DNA of 26,379 nucleotides. Origin: a virus. Location: the IMG/VR virus record IMGVR_UViG_3300037076_000108. One strand, written 5' to 3'. The notes under the pieces are model-generated. The model was not told the origin of the DNA and ran no database searches. It saw nothing but the letters and a program-made list of their open reading frames with translations. Of the stretch, positions 10,346-16,200 are shown one piece after another. Position 1 is the stretch's first letter. Each line of letters begins with the position of its first letter. The translations under genes were made by a program, and so were the position numbers.

Positions 10346-10633
10346 CTATTTAACAGCGAACGGCATCGTGATAGCCTTGAATAAAAAGAAGAGAAGCAAG
10401 ATCGTACAAAGCAACTTTGCAAAGAAGACGGACTTGTCTCGATACCATTGGCGCTGTACTGCGACAAAGCCGTCACCAAATGCCCACCATATCAGACGGA
10501 ATGGCGCACATAGGAGCCACCATACGGCGCTGAAGATGAATATAGCAACGTGCTTGATGAAACGGCCAACATACCAGAACACAATGCCGATGAAAAGTAC
10601 AATCCAGCCAAGGAAGTTCATGATGAATATCAT
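10346..10633 (-). CDS. Small integral membrane protein (about 3 TM helices), unknown function
   Basis: 95 aa, strongly hydrophobic (FIMNFLGWIVLFIGIVFWYVG...). Packed 11 nt after the gp5-like stop and 6 nt before the PAAR start. Confidence 0.5.
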   Translation of the reverse strand: MIFIMNFLGWIVLFIGIVFWYVGRFIKHVAIFIFSAVWWLLCAPFRLIWWAFGDGFVAVQRQWYRDKSVFFAKLLCTILLLFFLFKAITMPFAVK

Positions 10634-10644
10634 TGTAGCACGTT

Positions 10645-12045
10645 TTAGCAGTCTTTTTGCGATGCCAAAATTGGTGATGGATCTCCCTTCGTTTCCTTCA
10701 CCGGATCTGAATACGATTCACTTCGGGATTCCGTCATGCCCAATGATGCCGGGAACGGTGGAATGTTTGGTGCCGATGGACCAGATGGAGTTGCATGTTG
10801 GCTGACGCCGGAATTCCAATGCACAGCCGGGGCATCGCCAGAAAGCGTGCCGCCGCCCGTCATGCTGAATGAACCACCAGCCGATTGCACAATGGAACCA
10901 CCAGCAGCATCAGTCATCGAACCACCGGCATCACGAGTGCTGCTTCCGCCAGCTTTCATAGTCTGGCTTCCACCCACTTCAAGATCGTCACTTCCTGCAA
11001 TCTTCACTGTGCGACTGCCGCCGATGTCCGTAAGATAATCTCCCTTCACCTTCTCGGTGTAGTTGCCTTGGACGTGAACATTCAAATCTCCATCAACCTG
11101 TAAGTTTGCATTAGACCGGCAATAGATGTTAGCTTCACCATCTACTGTGATGTTCATGTTGTTTTGAAAGTGTGAATACGAATTTTCCATCGTAACTTCA
11201 AACTTCTTACCGACAATTTTGATGACGAGGTTTCCTTCTTGGTCAATTTCGATTCGAGTCAGTGTACGATGGGCTAAGTGAATGCGCTCTGCGCCGGGTG
11301 TGTCATCAATTTCGATAACGTGGCCAGATTCAGATTCATAGACGTGATTGTACGGATATTGCGCCGCATAAGCGGACGGCGGCTCAACCCATTTTCTTCC
11401 AGGCTTCGGATGTACAAAGGCAATAGGAACACCACCGAATTCTGGACCTGGACGGCCAATGTCACGTTGCCGTTTCTGGACGCCGATAATAGTATCTTCA
11501 ACGTTTTCCGCACGGGCGAGACGATTCACATCTGATTCACCAATGACGCAGCCCCACGGATGAGTCTGTCTCGGATAGAGCGATGCGGTGCTTTCGTTTT
11601 GAACTTGTGCGCCGGAACCATCATTCGGATAGAAGCGTGACTTGATTTTACGTGGCGCTGTGTCTGTGTTGTGAAATGGCTTGCCCGGATCATAGAAACC
11701 AATACCCGGTTGCGGAGCTTCTTCCGGGATACCAGCGATGGTGCCAAGAATGATTGGCTCTTGAGCGCTTTGATTGTCTTTGAAAAATCCAAACACCCAT
11801 GTACCTTCGGCGGGGCCGGTCGGTGAATGTCCCAAGCCGTTCATTCCCTGATTCCAGGTGATTGGCTGATAGACGTAGGCCCAATGCAATTCGCACGTCG
11901 GTATCAACTGCTTGTCTTCTGTGTGAGCACCGAGAATGCGTACTCGTAGCCGCCCAAGTTTTTTGGGGTCTCGCCGGTCTTCGACAACGCCTACCCACCA
12001 GTAGAAGCTGTCCTTTCCCATGAAATTCGTTTCTGATTTTGCCAT
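10645..12045 (-). CDS. Baseplate hub / central spike protein, T4 gp5-like (OB-fold N-domain plus C-terminal beta-helix, no lysozyme domain)
   Basis: 466 aa. N-terminus FYWWVGVVEDRRDPKKLGRLRVRILGAHTED is a gp5/VgrG-type OB fold. C-terminus has GGSxT-type repeats (VGGSQTMKAGGSSTRDAGGSMTDAAGGSIVQSAGGS) like the gp5 triple beta-helix. Followed by the PAAR gene. Confidence 0.8.
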   Translation of the reverse strand: MAKSETNFMGKDSFYWWVGVVEDRRDPKKLGRLRVRILGAHTEDKQLIPTCELHWAYVYQPITWNQGMNGLGHSPTGPAEGTWVFGFFKDNQSAQEPIILGTIAGIPEEAPQPGIGFYDPGKPFHNTDTAPRKIKSRFYPNDGSGAQVQNESTASLYPRQTHPWGCVIGESDVNRLARAENVEDTIIGVQKRQRDIGRPGPEFGGVPIAFVHPKPGRKWVEPPSAYAAQYPYNHVYESESGHVIEIDDTPGAERIHLAHRTLTRIEIDQEGNLVIKIVGKKFEVTMENSYSHFQNNMNITVDGEANIYCRSNANLQVDGDLNVHVQGNYTEKVKGDYLTDIGGSRTVKIAGSDDLEVGGSQTMKAGGSSTRDAGGSMTDAAGGSIVQSAGGSFSMTGGGTLSGDAPAVHWNSGVSQHATPSGPSAPNIPPFPASLGMTESRSESYSDPVKETKGDPSPILASQKDC

Positions 12046-12060
12046 CGGATTTATATAGCG

Positions 12061-12447
12061 GTGCCTCTTGACAAAGTTGATACATCTATGGTAGTCTTAA
12101 TCATGCAGGAAATCATAAGCTACAGCGCAATGATCTGGAAGGACGAAGAGCGCACCGACTTCGTTGTTGTTGGTCACGACGGCGAATATGCCGACATGAG
12201 CAACCCGAATGGCGAGATCATCCGGGAACGGTACTTCATTCAAGCAGAGGACGCTCTAGGGCATCGTCGGACGTGGGGCGGATATTACGAGACCCTGGAA
12301 GCCGCTGAAGCAGCCTACAGCCTCCTAGCGCCTCCGGTGGAGTTTTGGGAAGACGCTCGGCCTTGCTACGGTAGCGAAGCCTGGACTCCTGAAGTGGACG
12401 CCGAAGAAGCTGCAATGGAACGTGAAAATGATCGGTGGGAGCGCTAA
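12061..12447 (+). CDS. Hypothetical protein, first gene of a plus-strand small-gene operon; true start may be a later in-frame ATG (12088, 12103 or 12130)
   Basis: 128-aa ORF, acidic C-terminus. Divergent from the gp5-like gene. A TTGACA hexamer lies inside the annotated 5' end. Confidence 0.45.
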   Translation: MPLDKVDTSMVVLIMQEIISYSAMIWKDEERTDFVVVGHDGEYADMSNPNGEIIRERYFIQAEDALGHRRTWGGYYETLEAAEAAYSLLAPPVEFWEDARPCYGSEAWTPEVDAEEAAMERENDRWER

Positions 12448-12448
12448 C

Positions 12449-12649
12449 ATGTATTGGGCAAAGCCACAAGAACTTTCGATGAAAAACAAATCCATCGGTG
12501 ATGCCGGGACCAAAGGATTTTGGTACCCAGTGACCTACAAAGGCAACATTCTAATTCATGCTGATGGATCGCCGGTTGGGAAAATTTTCGCCCTGGCCCA
12601 ACAGCCGGTCGATGCATATGGCGTGCCGTTCATGGAAGAATTACGATAA
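12449..12649 (+). CDS. Hypothetical small protein
   Basis: ATG 2 nt after the upstream stop. Its own stop overlaps the next start (TAATG). 66 aa. Confidence 0.45.
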   Translation: MYWAKPQELSMKNKSIGDAGTKGFWYPVTYKGNILIHADGSPVGKIFALAQQPVDAYGVPFMEELR

Positions 12650-12870
12650 TGATTACACTATTCGTCGGTGGACTGATTGTTCTAGCAGTTGGCGGTGTCG
12701 CAATGTACCGATACCTGAACGGGCCGAAAGAGACGCCCAAGACGACCTACCAGGAAATTTGCGATATCAAGGATCGCCTGTACCGTGACATGGTGCGCCT
12801 AGAGGCTCTACAGGGTCATAAAACGGCATCTGAGAATGTTCACCGCATCATGTGCGATGCGAGACTCTAA
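12649..12870 (+). CDS. Small membrane protein (N-terminal TM helix)
   Basis: MITLFVGGLIVLAVGGVAMY... is a hydrophobic N-terminus. Start and stop overlap the neighbouring genes. Confidence 0.5.
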   Translation: MITLFVGGLIVLAVGGVAMYRYLNGPKETPKTTYQEICDIKDRLYRDMVRLEALQGHKTASENVHRIMCDARL

Positions 12871-13121
12871 TGACCGATAACCAGCCAGACGACCTCTACA
12901 ACACACCGACGAACTACCGAGTGCCATTGGTGCCGGTGCTGTTCAAAGTCGGCACGATGTCATCCAACATCTTCCTAGTGCGGAAAAAGGACTTGAAATT
13001 TCTCGCACCAGGATGCCAGCTACGCATCTTTACAGAGCGCTACGACAACGGCATCTCTGTGATGATAGAAGAGCTTCGGAACACCGGCATGGGTCCGCTG
13101 TGGGTCTGTGAACGCTTCTAA
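12870..13121 (+). CDS. Hypothetical protein
   Basis: 83-aa ORF beginning at an ATG that overlaps the upstream TAA. Last gene of the plus-strand operon. Convergent with a minus-strand gene. Confidence 0.45.
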   Translation: MTDNQPDDLYNTPTNYRVPLVPVLFKVGTMSSNIFLVRKKDLKFLAPGCQLRIFTERYDNGISVMIEELRNTGMGPLWVCERF

Positions 13122-13357
13122 GTGACCTTCTTACCGCCGTCTGCCATCGTCACACCAAGTCCAGCAAACTGGTCGGACGAATGGTCAAAATAGCGTACAT
13201 CGTCTTCCGGGCGCACGTGCGGGTGCTTGCCGGTCAGAGCGTCAATCAGGATAAAGACGCCGAACATCAGGAGCATCAAAATGACAGTCATAACACTTAC
13301 TGTAGGGCACGTTGAATGCCAACTTGTAAGTGCTTTGATGTCAACAGAATTGTTCAC
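13118..13357 (-). CDS. Small membrane protein
   Basis: 79-aa ORF with a hydrophobic core MTVILMLLMFGVFILIDALTG. Convergent with the plus-strand operon. The real start may be an internal Met. Confidence 0.4.
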   Translation of the reverse strand: MNNSVDIKALTSWHSTCPTVSVMTVILMLLMFGVFILIDALTGKHPHVRPEDDVRYFDHSSDQFAGLGVTMADGGKKVT

Positions 13358-13493
13358 TTGCTCGACAGAGCTTGTAGAGGAATTCTACGGGGAAACACCT
13401 AAGTCCAAGGAAACACAGCCGTCGTAAAATCCGACCGTGGTGAGGGGCTTTCATACAGGATTCCCGATTTGCTAAATAGCGAAGAGGGAAACC

Positions 13494-13907
13494 ATGCCAT
13501 ACGAAGACCACCAAAAGCAACTTGATTATCTAAGAGAATACAAAAAACGTCCAGCAGTAAAAACAAAACGGGCCGAAGACGCCAAAAAAGAGCGGCTGGC
13601 AGATCCATCTCGAATCAAACGCAATATCGCTAACTACAAGGAACGACTCCACAAAGATATTCTGAAAGCCTACGGCGGGCGGTGTGTGTGTTGCAGTGAA
13701 AGTCATCCGTTATTCCTCACCCTAGATCACATCAATAACGACGGCGCACAGCATCGCAAATCCATCAACTGCGGAAAAGGTAGGGGCGGCACCAAATTTT
13801 ATGCCTGGGTCAAGCGCAATAATTTTCCAAATACACTTCAATTGTTATGCTGGAATTGTAATTGTGGTAAGCATCGCAACGGTGGCACATGTCCACATAA
13901 AGGATGA
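13494..13907 (+). CDS. HNH endonuclease
   Basis: 137 aa. CVCCSESHP...LTLDHINNDGAQHRKSIN...QLLCWNCNCGKH gives CxxC...DH..N...N...CxxC, the HNH pattern. GAGGGA SD and CTAAATAG motif upstream. Ends 4 nt before tRNA-Gly. Confidence 0.8.
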   Translation: MPYEDHQKQLDYLREYKKRPAVKTKRAEDAKKERLADPSRIKRNIANYKERLHKDILKAYGGRCVCCSESHPLFLTLDHINNDGAQHRKSINCGKGRGGTKFYAWVKRNNFPNTLQLLCWNCNCGKHRNGGTCPHKG

Positions 13908-13911
13908 AATT

Positions 13912-13985
13912 TGGAGCGGAGTGCGAGACTCGAACTCGCATCTTGAGACTGGCAGTCTCAGGCACAGCCCTTATACCAACCCCGC
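13912..13985 (-). tRNA. tRNA-Gly(GCC)
   Basis: Manual fold: acceptor GCGGGGT/ACTCCGC, T-arm GCGAG-TTCGAGT-CTCGC, anticodon arm TGAGA-CTGCCAG-TCTCA (anticodon GCC). 74 nt with encoded CCA. Confidence 0.7.
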
Positions 13986-14000
13986 AAAGGGAATAAATTT

Positions 14001-14074
14001 TGGAGCGGACGGCGGGACTCGAACCCGCATCTCAAGATTGGAAATCTTGGGCACAACCTTTATACCACACCCGC
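14001..14074 (-). tRNA. tRNA-Gly(UCC)
   Basis: Paralogue of the previous tRNA on the same scaffold: acceptor GCGGGTG/CGTCCGC, T-arm GCGGG-TTCGAGT-CCCGC, anticodon arm CAAGA-TTTCCAA-TCTTG (anticodon UCC). 74 nt with CCA. Confidence 0.7.
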
Positions 14075-14398
14075 CCATTTCACCGAATGTCCTTCAATAC
14101 CACACTGCATCAAATAATGAGCAGCGTTACAAACACGACAGAGCACATTGAATTTGGTTATGTCAATCTTTCGATTGGCAATATCTCGAATGTGTTGTGT
14201 ATGATGAGCAACCCGGCGCTCTGCACTGCCGCCACCATCAATATGATTTATTTCCAATGCCTCAAAAACATCACATCCACATTGACAGCAGATCGTCCCA
14301 CCAAGAACATTCATTGCTTTCCTACGAAGAGTTTGGAGGTAGTCCCGATAATAACCTTCACGAACTCCCTGCTTCTTTTCGTAGGCTTTTCTCACCAA
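14060..14398 (-). CDS. HNH endonuclease
   Basis: 112 aa. CCQCGCDVFEALEINHIDGGGS...NVLCRVCN is an HNH motif. TTG/GTG start abuts a CTAAATAG motif. The 3' end overlaps the tRNA-Gly(UCC) 5' end by about 15 nt. Confidence 0.7.
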   Translation of the reverse strand: MVRKAYEKKQGVREGYYRDYLQTLRRKAMNVLGGTICCQCGCDVFEALEINHIDGGGSAERRVAHHTQHIRDIANRKIDITKFNVLCRVCNAAHYLMQCGIEGHSVKWAGVV

Positions 14399-14403
14399 TC
14401 TAT

Positions 14404-14799
14404 TTAGGCAACGTGAAAAAGACGAAGAAGGATCAACGTCGAATTCCAGATCACCAGCAACGAAAACAGCGTATTCACGAAGCGCCAGCCCTTCTCCGTG
14501 TTGACAGACGACCGAAGAGTCATGAACCCAACAATCACCAGGACCATCAGGAGCTTTCCAACCAGTAAGCCGGAAAGCAATCCAAGCGCCGGGAAGAAAC
14601 GTGAAATGACTGGATTTGCTTCACCCAATCCACACGAAAACCCGGTCAACGTAGTCATCACGTCGAGAGCTTGCAAAAAGACAAATGCCTGAAAGCCTTT
14701 GTTCGTTGTTAGCGTTGAAACGTTAACCACGAATCCATAGTACCACACTCTGGTACCGATGTCAAGGGTTTGCTGCTTAATCTCGTTTGCGAACGCCAA
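14404..14799 (-). CDS. Multi-pass membrane protein, unknown function
   Basis: 131-aa ORF with several hydrophobic stretches (LGLLSGLLVGKLLMVLVIVGFMTL; LFSLLVIWNSTLILL). The start may be an internal Met. Confidence 0.4.
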   Translation of the reverse strand: MAFANEIKQQTLDIGTRVWYYGFVVNVSTLTTNKGFQAFVFLQALDVMTTLTGFSCGLGEANPVISRFFPALGLLSGLLVGKLLMVLVIVGFMTLRSSVNTEKGWRFVNTLFSLLVIWNSTLILLRLFHVA

Positions 14800-14971
14800 A
14801 ACGAATGATGCCCCAGAACCCGCCCCAGATCACCTTGAAGTTATGACCGTAACCCTTGCCATTGAAGAAGTTTACCACGAACGGCAACACGATCAGAAAA
14901 ATGAATGGATAAAGCAGCCACATCAAGATTCGATACAGCACCAATCCAAAACCGATGTCGAAAAAGCCCAT
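14777..14971 (-). CDS. Small membrane protein (2 TM)
   Basis: 64 aa, LVLYRILMWLLYPFIFLIVLPFVVNFF. GGGAG SD 9 nt upstream of the ATG. Confidence 0.5.
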   Translation of the reverse strand: MGFFDIGFGLVLYRILMWLLYPFIFLIVLPFVVNFFNGKGYGHNFKVIWGGFWGIIRFGVRKRD

Positions 14972-15040
14972 TTGGTTACTCCCTTACAAAACCACAATAC
15001 ATGAAGAAACCATCATATTCATTGTTACCCTTATCCGCCA

Positions 15041-15250
15041 CTACTCGAATCCGATGATTGGTCGGAGTTGTTCCAACACTTCTGTTGCCTGCTTTTTGCT
15101 ATATCTCTGAGAATGTACGGAGTAACCTTCTCCCCACCAGATGTAAAGGAACGTAGATCCGCTTCGGCAATGTGCGTTGACGCCGTAGATGGCTGAGAGA
15201 ATAGGTTCAAGCTCGGCCTCAATTCCCTTTAGTGTCGTTGTTAGTCGCAT
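15041..15250 (-). CDS. Hypothetical small protein (69 aa from internal Met of the 115-aa ORF)
   Basis: ORF only. Overlaps the alternative-frame ORF 15031-15222. Confidence 0.3.
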   Translation of the reverse strand: MRLTTTLKGIEAELEPILSAIYGVNAHCRSGSTFLYIWWGEGYSVHSQRYSKKQATEVLEQLRPIIGFE

Positions 15251-15425
15251 GTTTGTCTCTATCTTGAAAATAGAGGTCGAGTTCATCAAGCAGCACTTCT
15301 CCATTGTCGCCGTCGCCACCAGACTTCCAACAGAAGTAGTCGCTGAAGTCATGCAGATCAACTTGCTCGATAAACCTAAAAATCTCAACAGATCGAGGAT
15401 CGTGCGGGTCCATTACATTCCCCAC
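15219..15425 (-). CDS. Hypothetical acidic protein
   Basis: 68-aa ORF rich in D/E. Confidence 0.35.
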   Translation of the reverse strand: MGNVMDPHDPRSVEIFRFIEQVDLHDFSDYFCWKSGGDGDNGEVLLDELDLYFQDRDKHATNNDTKGN

Positions 15426-15649
15426 ATTTTTTTCAGAAGTGTCTTTGCCTGTTTGTCGTATTTCTTTGGGAGGTCTTCGATGGTAACACCAAGATAGGTG
15501 AACAGAGAAGACATGTATTCGTCCCTATACATCGCATCATTCATTGACCATGCAGTTATGAGAGTGAGCTTACCGTCTACCAGATCGTAGAAAGCATCGG
15601 CTTCGCCCAAATCATCATCACAAAAGGATTTCACGTAAATTGTTCGCAT
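15413..15649 (-). CDS. Hypothetical protein
   Basis: 78-aa ORF following the ArfB-like gene. Confidence 0.45.
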   Translation of the reverse strand: MRTIYVKSFCDDDLGEADAFYDLVDGKLTLITAWSMNDAMYRDEYMSSLFTYLGVTIEDLPKKYDKQAKTLLKKMWGM

Positions 15650-15670
15650 ATTTGTCCTTTACGAAGTAAT

Positions 15671-16051
15671 CTATACGCCACCATTCTCCAGGTACTCAAT
15701 CTTGATCGTGCCGTCTTTCAGACCCTCGTCCACCATCCGGTCAACACGAGCTTTGATTTGTTCTGGAGTTTCTGGGATTTGTTGCCCCATTCGCTTGGCG
15801 CATTCGACTTTGTGCCATTGCTTAAACTTTGGGGTGTTGGCAAGACGCACGAGCGCATCTTCCCGGTTTCTTGTGTTACTTCGGTGGTCTCTACCTTCTC
15901 CGACCGCACCGGAAGCCGTATGGATCAAACGGACGCCACTATTGCTGGTATCCTTGCCGCCACCGCCATGCCCGCCTACGCTAAAGGTCTGCATTTCCAG
16001 ATCCTTCATCGTGACGGAAAATAAAAGTTCTTGCTTCTTCTTTTCACTCAT
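15671..16051 (-). CDS. RF-1 domain / ArfB (YaeJ)-like peptidyl-tRNA hydrolase family protein with degenerate GGQ motif
   Basis: SGAVGEGRDHRSNTRNREDALVRL aligns with E. coli ArfB [27 protein letters not shown] (recalled). At the catalytic GGQ position the sequence reads SVGGHGGGGKD. GGAGTGAAATC SD. Extended -10 promoter 85 nt upstream. Confidence 0.7.
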   Translation of the reverse strand: MSEKKKQELLFSVTMKDLEMQTFSVGGHGGGGKDTSNSGVRLIHTASGAVGEGRDHRSNTRNREDALVRLANTPKFKQWHKVECAKRMGQQIPETPEQIKARVDRMVDEGLKDGTIKIEYLENGGV

Positions 16052-16135
16052 GATTTCACTCCATCTCTGTTGTTAAACACACGTCTGCCGCTTTGGTGCG
16101 TAGCTAAGATGGAGATTGAAATTTCATCTACAGTA

Positions 16136-16144
16136 ATTATACCA
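16136..16144 (-). promoter_or_regulatory. Extended -10 element TGGTATAAT (sigma70-like) upstream of the ArfB-like gene
   Basis: The reverse complement of attatacca is TGGTATAAT. It lies immediately downstream of the MVP terminator and 85 nt upstream of the ATG at 16051. Confidence 0.5.
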
Positions 16145-16146
16145 CA

Positions 16147-16182
16147 ACGAAAAAGGCGGATCGCCCCGAAGAGCGACCCGCC
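16147..16182 (-). terminator. Rho-independent terminator after the MVP-like gene
   Basis: On minus-strand RNA: GGCGGGUCGC-UCUUCGGG-GCGAUCCGCC (9 of 10 bp, CUUCGG-type loop) followed by UUUUUCGUUGUGG. Sits 19 nt after the stop at 16201. Confidence 0.7.
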
Positions 16183-16200
16183 ACCGGCTGCAACGTTGGC

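Noticed and set aside
10109-11103. Plus-strand ORFs (91, 188, 100 and 72 aa) opposite the PAAR, TM and gp5-like genes
   Set aside because: They are antisense to genes with clear homology or tight operon packing. The 100-aa one is the mirror image of the Gly-rich beta-helix repeats.
12067-12096. TTGACA hexamer as a strong sigma70 promoter for the plus-strand operon
   Set aside because: The -35 hexamer is perfect, but the best -10 candidates (TAGTCT, TATGGT) are weak. It is mentioned in a finding but not called as a feature.
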